DNA of 64,000 nucleotides from Candidatus Rifleibacteriota bacterium (GTDB lineage: Bacteria > Muiribacteriota > Ozemobacteria > Ozemobacterales > Ozemobacteraceae). The position numbers were made by a program, and so were the translations under genes. The DNA lies in the NCBI GenBank assembly GCA_015233565.1, contig JADFXM010000043.1, forward strand, positions 44 through 64,043, in the 5' to 3' direction. Shown here piece by piece: positions 11,239 to 22,400 of the stretch (position 1 is its first letter; each line of letters starts with the position of its first letter). The notes under the pieces were generated by a model, which was not told the origin of the DNA, searched no databases, and saw nothing but the letters and a program-made list of their open reading frames with translations.

Positions 11239-11290
11239 CTAAAAATCGGATAACCGATTTCTTGGTCGCTTCGACTCTGCACAGCGACCG
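11239..11290 (-). terminator. Candidate intrinsic terminator downstream of the giant membrane-protein gene
   Basis: Two hairpins read on the minus strand (ggtcgctgtgcagagtcgaagcgacc, then aatcggttatccgatt) followed by a T-run. Confidence 0.4.
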
Positions 11291-11491
11291 GATTCTATTT
11301 CCTGAGGGACCCGACATTTAACGATTCTTTAACTCCCAAAATAGATTTGCCATGCTTAGGAGCTTGTTACATAATTCCGAATTTACTCAAAGTACAAAGT
11401 ATGAGATTGCCTTTCGAAGCTGCTTTCATAATTTGTTTTTTTGTCGTAAATCATCATTTCTGTTAATTATGCAACAAGCTCTTAGTAATCA

Positions 11492-14400
11492 TTATTGAGG
11501 CTGAGAAGGTGGTGTTACCTCCGGATCTTTCTTATCCTGATCTTCTTTTGCCCTTTCAGTCATCGTCTCTCCGTCCTTTTTGCCTTGAAATAATTCAATT
11601 CCAAAAGACTCTCCGGAAAGAATCAACCAGGCAATTAAAAACAGGAACCCAAGAATTATTCCTTCTGTGGATGAGGCAAGTAATCTTCCAAGGAAAGTGA
11701 GATATCTCCCGAAAACATCCTGTGTCAAATGTAATGCAAAAATCAACAGCAAAAACGGAAAAACTATCAGAAATCCTGAAAAATATTTCCTGTTAAACAA
11801 TTTCATAAAAGCTCTCACAAATAGAAAGCCGATAAACATAGAAAGTCCAAGTAAAACCGGATAAAGCAAATTTTCCCTTGCATAATAGAATTGGATACTT
11901 GGAGCCGCAGAACTACTTGAAATCAATCGCCTTCCGAAAATCATGCGATTAAAAGTCTCAGGAATGATTAAAGTCACCGGGAAAAGCCCTGCTGATTGCC
12001 CCTCGGAATAAGATAAGCTTGAGGTAGAAAGGGGCGAACTTGACGCTTTAGTCGACATCACCTGGCTCATTACATTACTTTGTCTTGCATTTGCCACAGC
12101 GCCTGAATCAACTTTTCCGTATGGGACATTGACTTGTGGAATTTCATCTGCGGAAAATGGGCCGGGACGCTTGATAAAATAGAATTTTTCGGGAGCATGA
12201 ATTTCCCACCTCATTTGACTTATATCAAACGAAAAATTCGGCAGTTGAAGAGTCAAATTTCCAAAACGTTTGAGTGCTTCAAGGGTGGTTTCAAAATTAA
12301 GGCTGACGCAAAATGGAGCAAACTCTTTACTTTGTCGGGGAGATCGAATCAACGGAACATTAATTTCACCGGATTTTCCCAATCCTGGCTTCACAGGCTC
12401 ACAATTTACTTCAGCAGAGATAATCTTAAGGTTGGATGGCATATTTTGAATCAAAAGGAACTGATTATTGTTGTTGCGGACTGTAAGATCAACTCGGGTA
12501 ATTACTTTCCCGTCATCCGTGATCAAAGTTCTTGCATTGGCTCCGTCAATTTGAGCTGTACTAACCGCAACATCCTGATGTTTGGTTATCTTGATCTGAA
12601 ATTTCGGTTCTTTTATGTATTTAAAGGCGTGCAGAATGAACCCGGAATTTTTCTGCTTCAAAGAAACCGGAAGTTCTTCAGGGTCAATTCGGGTTGCCTG
12701 ATCAGCTGCTTCGACACTAATTTCAAAACCCTCGCGACCTTCAAGCGACAAGAAACCTTTTTCCCTCTCTATCGAACCTTCTGGTACAATATTTTTTAGC
12801 GCTGGCAAAGAAATTGGATATTGACCATTTGCCTCAGGAGTGGGAATTTCCATTTCAATCGCCACCGGCAAGACTTGCAACTTCCTGGTCGTCAACATTA
12901 TTTTGAGTTCCTGACCTGTGGAAGTGGGACGCACTTTCCATGAGGATAGATCGGGACAGGTTACTTCAATGACCTCATAGGCGGCCGGCAATTTGAATAC
13001 AAATTCTCCTACAGGTTCAGATTCAATCTGTAGGTTTATGGAATCTGAGATGCCGATAAATCCATCTCCTGTTGTCAAAGAAACTTCATGATCCGCAAAA
13101 ACCTTGGGAATTTGAGGAATTACAGGTTTCACCGGAGCAGCCTGAGTGGCATTTACAAAAATAGGTTGTGGTGCAACAGTCTCAACTTCCTCGACAGCAT
13201 CACGCCATTCCACTTTTAAATTACTGCCGGGTTGTAATGTTGCTGTTACTTTTGTACCATTTGAAATAGAAATGGTCTCAATTCCAATCCCGGAATTGAT
13301 ATCCACTTTCTGGTTTTCTTTATTAATTTGCAAATTCAATTTGATCAACGAAAAAGCTGGAATCGGAATTTCAAAACCTTCCGCCTTGACATTTGGATCG
13401 ATCTTTGAAAATAGATCCTTAGTATAAAGAGCCTCAATTCTGATTTTTCCTTCTTTTTCGGTCCATATTTCGGAATAGTCGCGCATCAGATCATTTGAAA
13501 AATTCTGGCTTTGTGAATTGTCGTAAGCTGCAAGTTGTTGATTGCCGCTATGTCGAACTTGAGCCTGTTGACTAAAGTTATTTTGCAAATTGACCGCAGA
13601 ATTTGAATAACTATTTGATGGACCCTGTTGATCTGTTTGGAAATTCTGTCCATGAATGGATTGAAGCAGATCTTGGTTCAGAACAAAAGATGCTTCTTTG
13701 CCATCAATTAATAGGGATTTCAAACCACTTCCCAAAGCTGGAAATGGAATTTTTTTGAATCCCTTTCCATAAAGTTCTAATTCAAAAACTCCTTTTAATT
13801 CGACCTGTTCACCTTTGATTGTTCCGTCAATACTTCCTGAAACGGCGCCATAGCTAAATGGAGGAATCAAACGTCGCGGGTCGGGTTCAGGAATTCCAAG
13901 GTCTTTAAGGAAATTGAACTGATCGTTACTTAGAAAAACAAGCCCAGACTCGGTTGAAACGCGGTCATTCATTTCTTTGTACAAGAAAAACACATCGGTA
14001 ATCGGCTCCGTTGCAAGACCCAAAGTATTTGAAAAATTGGCACTTTGTGAAACAGAGTTCTGAGAATTTAATCCCTGGGCATTAAGACTTTGGGAACTGG
14101 AATTTTGAGCAAATGCACTAGGGACATTGTCTGAAATTGGCAGGAAAAGAAGCAAAATCACTGTTACAACAGTTACTCCAGTCTTTTTGGAAGTTTTCTG
14201 AATAAAGTAGGAAAGAATTCTGTACAACATTGTCAGCATGATTCCAAAACCAATTCCACTCATAATCGGTTCCTGAATTCCAGGCGCTCTTTCTTCCAAA
14301 ATAATGGATACAATGGCAGTTAAGAAGAAAATCGCGGAACAAATCCATGATCTTTTGTAAATTGCGCAAACTAAAAGAAGTCCGAAAGTAATCAAGCCAA

Positions 14401-17092
14401 TGACAAAAAATCCGAAAGGAATAATCGTTCTGATTGGTGACCAAAAGGCAATTCCAAGGAATTTTGCAGTTTCATTAGGTTGCAATATTCTTTTGTATAC
14501 TGTTGCTGGATAGCCACCTATGGGGAGTTTCATTTCAACAGGAAATGCTCCACGATCTTTCGGAGCAGCGGGCATTTTTGCTGATTTTGCCTTGCCGGCC
14601 AGAATATTTCCTGAGTTTCCTCCGAATGAACTCATTTCCTTTTTCATTTCCATTTCCCTTGCTTTTCTCACCGGAGTTGAATTACTTTCCATTGCCGCAG
14701 CGGCTGGAGCACACGGAGCATCGGCTTGAAGAGAGATTTCATTTTGTGCCATTCCTTCATCTAGGCACTTTCCATCAGAAACCTCGCTCCTTGGCACAGA
14801 ATCATGGTAAACATATGGCTGTGGAGCAGAAAGTTTTGCTCTGGATGTATCAAAGACTCTGTTGATTGATCCTCCCGATGACGTAAATGCCGCCATCACA
14901 ACAAAGACCAAAATAAATGCTAGAAATACCAACCCTAGGGCGTTTTCTCTAATCCAAGAGGGGGAAGCTTCAGGCGCTGGTTTCTCGGAAGTTTTTTTCC
15001 CGAAATAATTTACAAAGTAATAAATACATAATGAAAATAGCAATATTCCAAAGCCAAAAGCGGAAAAAACAAATTCAAATACTACATTTCCAATTATTAT
15101 CGGAATAAATCTGGGAAGGGGCCTGCGAGGATCCATGCTTGATTTTAATGGAAGAATCGAATATCCTTCAGGGCCATACACACTCCAGCAAACTTCAGAA
15201 ATGTTCAAATTAACTTGCGGCAGGAGGAGCGAGAGGGTTTGTATTTTTCCAAGTCTTTTAGAAGGTGTTCGAAAAACTAAACGAAGGTTGAATGATCCCC
15301 CGGAAACATTTTGTCCGTTCTGAGTGTTCAATGGTATAAGATATTTATCTCCACCAGGGCTGACTGCCTTGATTGGAGCTCCATCCCGGGAAACTGAAAT
15401 TATCTGGGACCCAGAAGCTAAATTGATTTCAAGATACTGGCTCCCATTGTTTTTGACAGCAAAGTCTGCGCAATAATAGGCCATTTCGTCCTGTGCAAGA
15501 ACAGTGACTAAATTCATGGAATCAGCAGTGGAAGTGATAACCGGAATATCTGAATGCCTTATGATTTCAAGCAGGAGTTTGAATTGAGTCGGTTCTTGAA
15601 ATCGATATGCCTGCAAAATTGGCCTTGTCGCAAGAGTCTTTACTTCTTCAGGGGCTTCACTAACATCTATTGGGGTGATAAGGGTCTCAGATTTTTCGGA
15701 ATCACCGATTATTTCTTTCTTCTGGATTTCAATTGAGGTTCGTGCCTCAATTCCCAAAAAACCACGTGATCTTTCGGCCCCCAGACACGAGATTACAGGA
15801 GCCTCAACAACACCGCTTACATCCTGCATTTTTGTTTCGCTTACCAAAATAATTTCAATTCGTCCTGAAATTTTGGAATTCAAACGAACTTGAAGATGTG
15901 TGGTTTCCGAAGAAACTTCTGCTGAGAAGCTGTCAAGGCGATCAGATCGGCAGTCAAGAAGAACAGACCCGGATGGAAGTAAAAAATTAAGTGTTCCAAC
16001 CGGAGCACGGGTAATGTTCAAACGAAAAAGAGTGTGATTCCTTATAAATCCTTCCCCGAAAGATACAAGTGAAAATGACTCGGAAAGGATTCTCGGAGGT
16101 TCTGCCGGTTTAGGTGGAGTTAGTATTTGTACATTCTGTTGGGCTTGATTTTGTTGAGCCTGGTTTTGTTTTATCTGTTGGCTCGCAGAAGCGGGGTTTT
16201 CAAGATGTGAAGACTTTGGTTCTTCGGCCACCAGCACTGATGAAATATTTCTAGGAGCCCACCTTAGGGTAAAGCGGTCAGTGGGACCAAGAATACCTGT
16301 TACACGGCTTATCGAAGCTGAAAAATCCTCTGAAGTACAACCTTCGCTGCGGTCAATTTCTCCGATCAGGCCTGATTTGTCTAAGTCTATTCGGAAATTA
16401 TTAATCGGTACTCTCGGAATTTTGAAAGTCAGCTCAGCCTTTTCAATATCGTCTGGCAAAGCAACCTGAAACTGCACTTTCAACAAATGGCTGCCCTTTT
16501 CTTTGACGATCACAAGAAAATCATTCTGCACACCGTTTCTCTTTCGAGATTTCTTTGAATCGGTCCCCTTTTTTTCTACATATTGTCTTTGAAGGGAAAT
16601 AATCTTTTTCCTGGGAGCCTCGTTGTCTTGGATGCCAACAAATGACTCTTGAATGACTCCAATTGGCTTACCATCGAGGATTACTTCGGAAAGGGCCAAA
16701 TCACCGCCAGGAAGTGGAATCGAAACCCATCGTTCGTTTGGAACTTCAAACCTGAATTCGGAGTCGAAAGAAGCTGTCCGATTTTTGATTTTACCGTTGT
16801 ATTCAGCCTTTCCCCAGGTCAAATCGTTAGGGTTGAATGCCAATGGGCTTTGAGGGGCTTTTGCAAGAAAAGAATCCTTTTCTTCCTTCATTTTCTCATA
16901 TATCTCTTTGGGAATTAAAAACCCGGCATTTTTCCCGGATAGTAGAGCATCCAAACTTGAAAAGGGCACATATCGTATCTTTTCATGAATTTTTTGATTT
17001 GAGGTAACTTCACGGTCCTGGCAAAAAATAGCAGGAATTAGTCCGATGGTGAAAAGAAGTACAACAAAGAGAAAAGATTTCCGGTGTGTCAT
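11492..17092 (-). CDS. Giant (1866 aa) signal-peptide-bearing multi-pass membrane protein of unknown function
   Basis: One uninterrupted ORF with an N-terminal signal peptide (FLFVVLLFTIGLIPAIFC). It has three clusters of strongly hydrophobic helices (around residues 640-720, 900-990, 1700-1800). Long beta-rich extracytoplasmic regions are joined by Q/N/S-rich low-complexity linkers (QQIKQNQAQQNQAQQNVQ). No recognisable catalytic motif. Confidence 0.75.
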   Translation of the reverse strand: MTHRKSFLFVVLLFTIGLIPAIFCQDREVTSNQKIHEKIRYVPFSSLDALLSGKNAGFLIPKEIYEKMKEEKDSFLAKAPQSPLAFNPNDLTWGKAEYNGKIKNRTASFDSEFRFEVPNERWVSIPLPGGDLALSEVILDGKPIGVIQESFVGIQDNEAPRKKIISLQRQYVEKKGTDSKKSRKRNGVQNDFLVIVKEKGSHLLKVQFQVALPDDIEKAELTFKIPRVPINNFRIDLDKSGLIGEIDRSEGCTSEDFSASISRVTGILGPTDRFTLRWAPRNISSVLVAEEPKSSHLENPASASQQIKQNQAQQNQAQQNVQILTPPKPAEPPRILSESFSLVSFGEGFIRNHTLFRLNITRAPVGTLNFLLPSGSVLLDCRSDRLDSFSAEVSSETTHLQVRLNSKISGRIEIILVSETKMQDVSGVVEAPVISCLGAERSRGFLGIEARTSIEIQKKEIIGDSEKSETLITPIDVSEAPEEVKTLATRPILQAYRFQEPTQFKLLLEIIRHSDIPVITSTADSMNLVTVLAQDEMAYYCADFAVKNNGSQYLEINLASGSQIISVSRDGAPIKAVSPGGDKYLIPLNTQNGQNVSGGSFNLRLVFRTPSKRLGKIQTLSLLLPQVNLNISEVCWSVYGPEGYSILPLKSSMDPRRPLPRFIPIIIGNVVFEFVFSAFGFGILLFSLCIYYFVNYFGKKTSEKPAPEASPSWIRENALGLVFLAFILVFVVMAAFTSSGGSINRVFDTSRAKLSAPQPYVYHDSVPRSEVSDGKCLDEGMAQNEISLQADAPCAPAAAAMESNSTPVRKAREMEMKKEMSSFGGNSGNILAGKAKSAKMPAAPKDRGAFPVEMKLPIGGYPATVYKRILQPNETAKFLGIAFWSPIRTIIPFGFFVIGLITFGLLLVCAIYKRSWICSAIFFLTAIVSIILEERAPGIQEPIMSGIGFGIMLTMLYRILSYFIQKTSKKTGVTVVTVILLLFLPISDNVPSAFAQNSSSQSLNAQGLNSQNSVSQSANFSNTLGLATEPITDVFFLYKEMNDRVSTESGLVFLSNDQFNFLKDLGIPEPDPRRLIPPFSYGAVSGSIDGTIKGEQVELKGVFELELYGKGFKKIPFPALGSGLKSLLIDGKEASFVLNQDLLQSIHGQNFQTDQQGPSNSYSNSAVNLQNNFSQQAQVRHSGNQQLAAYDNSQSQNFSNDLMRDYSEIWTEKEGKIRIEALYTKDLFSKIDPNVKAEGFEIPIPAFSLIKLNLQINKENQKVDINSGIGIETISISNGTKVTATLQPGSNLKVEWRDAVEEVETVAPQPIFVNATQAAPVKPVIPQIPKVFADHEVSLTTGDGFIGISDSINLQIESEPVGEFVFKLPAAYEVIEVTCPDLSSWKVRPTSTGQELKIMLTTRKLQVLPVAIEMEIPTPEANGQYPISLPALKNIVPEGSIEREKGFLSLEGREGFEISVEAADQATRIDPEELPVSLKQKNSGFILHAFKYIKEPKFQIKITKHQDVAVSTAQIDGANARTLITDDGKVITRVDLTVRNNNNQFLLIQNMPSNLKIISAEVNCEPVKPGLGKSGEINVPLIRSPRQSKEFAPFCVSLNFETTLEALKRFGNLTLQLPNFSFDISQMRWEIHAPEKFYFIKRPGPFSADEIPQVNVPYGKVDSGAVANARQSNVMSQVMSTKASSSPLSTSSLSYSEGQSAGLFPVTLIIPETFNRMIFGRRLISSSSAAPSIQFYYARENLLYPVLLGLSMFIGFLFVRAFMKLFNRKYFSGFLIVFPFLLLIFALHLTQDVFGRYLTFLGRLLASSTEGIILGFLFLIAWLILSGESFGIELFQGKKDGETMTERAKEDQDKKDPEVTPPSQPQ

Positions 17093-18009
17093 TTTATTCC
17101 CCCTGTAAAAATTTCTGATCCACTGTCAAATTTTTTTTCTGCACCCAAAATAATTATTTGCTATGAAAAACTAGAGAAAATTTACGTTTGAACACATTTT
17201 CAAAAGCATCTTTTAAGAAATTGCTCAAATTAATAAGAATTTAAATGGATAGTTTCAAAATTTTTTTTAATATGATGCGATCTTAATCTGAGTCATTGAA
17301 AATGTTCTGCTTCAAACACAAAAAATGGCATCCCTCCTGCGCATAATCACTTTATATTGAAAAGCTCCACTTATTCAATAAAAAAGATTATAGAGCTATT
17401 TGAAACTTAAAACAACCCTCAAATAATACGGAGGTTACTGGTGAGCTATCTTCCTAAAATCCCTGGAAGGATGCTCAATGTTTTTGCGTTTTTGTTCAAT
17501 GTTTATACAATCTTACATTTTGAAAATAACTGATTAGAAACTTTTCTACTGTTGATGCCCTTTTTTATAGATTGGCACTTTTTATGCGAAGCAAAGAAAC
17601 AAAAAATAAATGGAGGTTCTAATGAAAAAAGAACTTGGTGTTATTCTGTTTCTTTTCCCTGTTACTCGTTGGAAATGGCCTGATGGCTTCCAACTATCGG
17701 CCTGATTATACTCAGCAGCACTCTTTTGCGCAGTAGACGGGCCTGTTGTTCTTGCTCTTATTGAACGACTCAGTCTCTTTTACATTTTCAAATTACTCAA
17801 TATGCTGTTTTAAACCCGTAATTTGGAATGTTTATCAAAAGTCTAGCCATCATTTTAATCTATGATGAGAAAAAAAAACAATGATACGTAACAAATGCCA
17901 AGATGACAAAAACCAGAATCGAAAACCAGCATCAAATCAACATCGAATTTGGCAGGATTAGCAAATCTTAGCAATTATGCGTACCGTTGAAAAAAAAAAG
18001 GAAATATTT

Positions 18010-18558
18010 ATGAAAAACTTACTACTATCCGTTTTAATCATGACCAATCTCTTTCTGACTGAAGGTTACTTGTTTGCTGAAGGTAAGTGGCAAGAGCTTA
18101 ATTTAAAGAGCAGTAACATAACCATTAACTTAGATTATCAACTAGAAAACAAACGAACCGACTCCCTTGGCGACCAGGGCGCAGTCCCCGCATACGACAC
18201 CTTTGCAAAGCCTCTTGGGATCAATATCACCGGCAGTGACTTGAGTGCAAAAGATAATGTTTCGGTCGTAATTGTAAACTATGAGCATTCAAGTGGGTAT
18301 AGGCAGGATAAACAACCCGAATATTCTTATTACAAAGTGTTAGACGTTAAAACCATAAATTTGAAGCATGACGAAGTAAGAGCAGGCGGAGGTTTTTGGG
18401 GGCAGATAGATGAATTGCTCGTCAATAGAACCACCAACGATGGCTATGCTATGGGTTACAAGCACTTTGCACAGGAAATAGCAGTAAACGTTAACGGAAA
18501 ATGGTACAAAAACGAACAGACAGGTAATAATATAAAATTTAATCTGTTTAAAAACTAA
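18010..18558 (+). CDS. Small secreted protein, unknown function
   Basis: Signal peptide MKNLLLSVLIMTNLFLTEGYLFA. No recognisable motifs. Confidence 0.5.
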   Translation: MKNLLLSVLIMTNLFLTEGYLFAEGKWQELNLKSSNITINLDYQLENKRTDSLGDQGAVPAYDTFAKPLGINITGSDLSAKDNVSVVIVNYEHSSGYRQDKQPEYSYYKVLDVKTINLKHDEVRAGGGFWGQIDELLVNRTTNDGYAMGYKHFAQEIAVNVNGKWYKNEQTGNNIKFNLFKN

Positions 18559-18641
18559 TTCTAATACCAAGCTGGACGGTTGATTCATGTTAAAAGCGTT
18601 ACAAAACTTGAGTCAACCGTCTTTTTTGTTTCGTTCAAATT

Positions 18642-19006
18642 CCAGACTTCCTGATTCCGAATGACTTTAAATGGCACTTTTTTACCTAGAAAACATTGAA
18701 ATGAAGACAAATTCTTCAACAAAAAGTCAGACATCCCAATCTCGAGGATTTAAATTGGATACCATTTTTTCGATTGATGAATTGCCAACTTGCTTTGGAA
18801 GAAATCTTCTGATTTATTTTCATGTAAGTTGGTCTCAGGATAAAATCCAACCGAAAAGTATTCCAAAATCAGAAAACTACCTCTTGAAGCCCTTTTCCGA
18901 GAAAATGCAAACTATCGATACCAGGAATTCTGAAAGTGCTATTTCATTTTCCGGCAGTAAGTCGTCAAACACTGATCTATTCAAATACGGATCAGGAGAT
19001 CTGAAT
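18642..19006. repeat. Dispersed repeat family B copy, interrupted by a family-A MITE insertion
   Basis: 18642-18727 plus 18936-19006 together match the reverse complement of 63631-63783. The intervening 18728-18935 is the family-A element. Confidence 0.7.
18728..18935. mobile_element. MITE-like ~208-bp element (family A), copy 2, inserted into a family-B repeat
   Basis: Near-identical to 1166-1374. The flanks reconstitute an uninterrupted family-B sequence (caacaaaaagt|gctatttc) as seen at 63.7 kb, with at most a 2-bp 'gt' duplication. Confidence 0.65.
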
Positions 19007-19424
19007 TTTGTGAACAGGTACAATTTTCAGGTTCTAAGTAAACTAGCAGAAACTCCCAATTTTGAAAAAGTGAAAGTCCTTTTGAAAAAACTCCGCCAAA
19101 CCCAGTGGAAAAACCTTTGTTAGGATTTTGGAATTATGCAATAAGCTCAGATAAGCTTTTTTTAGGAAAGTCATTTTCGTCACCGGTTCCTCTTACAGCT
19201 TCACGATTTCTTCCTAAAATTGTGCGCTGTTTACGAAACATATTGGGGGAATTTCTGTTCGACAGCCCGGGGCAACCAACCGAAGATCGATCAGGATTTT
19301 TTCCCTCGTTGCCGTTCAGCAGGACGCCTGGGGAAACCTGTGTCATTGAATATCTCGTTGGATTGCTCTGTATCAATTACGGAATTGCGGTTGTCGCAAT
19401 AAAGAATTAATTTGTGGGAGAAAT

Positions 19425-22400
19425 ATGAACATGAAAGAACCATACCAGCAGCAGAATTTTCCTTTATACGAACCTCGAAACGAACACGACGCGTGCGGAA
19501 TAGGGTTTATTGTTAACATCAATGGAAAACGTTCTCACGATATAGTCACAAAGGGAATCGAGATTCTCATTAATCTCACCCATCGCGGGGCATCTGGTTG
19601 TGATCCTGAAACAGGTGATGGGGCGGGAATAACAATTCAGATTCCCCATAAATTTTTTGCCAAAGAATGCAAAAAAACAGGGATCATTCTTCCTGATGAA
19701 GGCGAGTATGGTATTGGGATGGTATTCCTTCCAGTGACTCAATCTTCAAGGTTGGTCTGTGAAGGAATTATAGAGCGGATCGTGCGAGAAGAAGGATTGA
19801 GCGTTCTTGGATGGAGAGACACGCCTGTTGGAGCAGACGCCATCGGTCGAATTGCACGCGCATCGCAACCTTATATCGAACAGATTTTTATCCGCAGGGC
19901 TGAAGGAATGACGCGAGAAGAATTTGACCGCAAATTGTACGTTGTCCGAAAATGCGTTGAAGTTGAGCTGTACTCGTCGAATATCAAAGAGAAAGATTTT
20001 TTTTACATTCCCTCGCTTTCATCAAGAGTCATTGTTTATAAAGGTTTGCTGCTTGCTCCCCAGATTGCACAATTCTATGTCGATCTTCTAGATCCCGATA
20101 CAGAAAGCCAGCTCTGCCTTGTTCATCAGCGATTTTCCACCAACACTTTGCCGAATTGGCAATTGGCACATCCATTCAGATTCGTAAGCCACAACGGGGA
20201 AATCAACACGATGCGCGGCAATGTAAGCTGGATGTGTGCACGTCAATCCGTTTTAAAGTCAGATCTGTTCGGTGATGATTTCAAAAAATTGATTCCCATT
20301 ATTTCACCGAATGGAAGTGACTCGGCAGCACTCGATAACGCCGTTGAAATGCTGTATCACGCGGGAAGAAGTCTGCCCCACGTTATGGCGATGTTGATCC
20401 CGGAAGCGTGGAACCATGATGTAACAATGTCTCCCGAGAAAAAAGCCTTCTTCGAATATCACGCATCTTTGATGGAACCGTGGGATGGTCCCGCGGCGGT
20501 TGCCTTTACAGACGGAAAAATAATTGGCGCAACATTGGATCGAAACGGACTTCGTCCTGTTCGATACATTGAAACCCACGATGGATTATTGATTATGGCA
20601 TCCGAAGTTGGCGTGTTGCCAATCGAACCAGAACGGGTGAAAGTGAAAGGAAGACTTGAACCTGGAAAAATTCTTTTTGTTGATCTCGAGCAGAAACGGG
20701 TTCTTTTCGATGATGAGATTAAATCACAATTAAGTGCGCTTCAGCCATATGGAGCTTGGATAAAAGAGAATCAGCTAACTTTGGAACAACTTGCAGAACC
20801 CCCGCGCGCGCACATGTTGAGCGAAAAAGATATAGTGCAGCGACAAAGAATGTTCGGCTATAGCGATGAAGATCTGCGAATGATTATTACACCTATGGTG
20901 GTAAACGGAGAAGAAGCGATCGGTTCCATGGGAGCAGATACCCCGTTAGCTTGTTTGTCCGACAAGCCGCAATCCCTGTTCAGCTATTTCAAACAACTGT
21001 TCGCACAGGTAACTAATCCCCCCATCGACCCGATCCGCGAGGAATTTATTATGTCATTGACGAGTTACATCGGCACGGAAAGAAATATCCTCGCGGAAAC
21101 ACCGCTGCATTGCCACACATTGAAATTACAGCATCCGATTCTTTATAATACTGAATTAGAGAAATTGCGTCGCGTTTCACAGGGAGATTTTCTTACTACA
21201 ACTCTTCCGATGTTATTCCGTGTGAATGGCGGGGAGCCAGAGTTGGAACGAGCGCTTGCCGGGCTTTGCCGTCGTTCTTCGCTAGCAATCGAATCGGGCT
21301 ACTCAATTATCATTCTTTCTGATCGTGGTTCAGATGAAGAATACGCGCCAATCCCAAGTTTGCTTGCTTTGACAGCTGTGCACAATCATTTAGTGAGAGA
21401 AAAGACACGAACACAAGTTGCGCTCGTTGTGGAATCTGGTGAACCACGTGAAGTGATGCATTATTGTTTATTGATCGGCTACGGCGCAAGCGCAGTGAAT
21501 CCCTATCTCGCAATTGAAACGATTGAATATCTTGCTAATAAAGGTCGCTTGCCAAAAGATATAGCGACGAAAGATGCGTTGAGGAATTACAAGAAAGCGG
21601 TTGGAAAAGGTTTGCTAAAAGTTTTTTCCAAAATGGGAATTTCTACCCTCCAAAGTTATCGGGGTGCTCAGATCTTTGAGGTGATCGGACTGAATAAAAA
21701 GGTGGTGGAAAAATATTTCCATGGAACCGCCTCCCGAATCGAAGGAATCGGATTGGATGTGCTGGTGGAAGAAGCGAGAAGAAAACACCAATTTGCCTTT
21801 CAACCGCTGCTAGAGGTAGATACTGAACTTGAACTTGGAGGAAATTATCATTTTCGCATCTCGGGTGAAAGGCATCTTATAAATCCCGAGACAGTGATAA
21901 AGTTGCAACAATCCGTTCGCAAGAAAGATTTCAAGACATTCAAAGAATATACTAGTCTTCTTAATGATCAGAACAAAGAGTTTTTCACCCTGCGGGGGCT
22001 GATGGAATTTAAGGAAGGAACAAGAAGTGTTCCTTTGGATGAGGTTGAACCCGTAGAACAGATCGTAAAACGTTTCGTTACAGGCGCGATGTCCTTCGGG
22101 TCGATAAGTAAAGAAGCCCACGAAACGATCGCCATCGCTATGAATCGCATAGGTGGAAAATCGAACACCGGCGAAGGGGGTGAGGACGAAGCGCGTTTCA
22201 GTGCCGATGCGAACGGTGACTTACGTCGAAGTGCAATCAAACAAGTCGCTTCCGGGAGATTTGGCGTAACAACCAACTTTCTTGTGAATGCAGATGAGAT
22301 TCAAATTAAAATGGCTCAAGGCGCTAAACCTGGTGAGGGGGGACAGCTTCCCGGGTTTAAAGTCGACGAAGTGATTGCAAAAACTCGCCACTCCATCGCT

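Noticed and set aside
12134-12799. 221-aa plus-strand ORF inside the giant membrane-protein gene
   Set aside because: Antisense to a continuous 1866-aa ORF with a coherent signal/TM architecture. It has no motifs.
19124-19424. Possible glutamine riboswitch (glnA RNA motif) in the gltB leader, based on cgttcagcaggacgcctgggg
   Set aside because: The 5' CGUUC is present, but there is no downstream GAACG partner to close P1 and no GGACGGAAG core. The resemblance is partial only.
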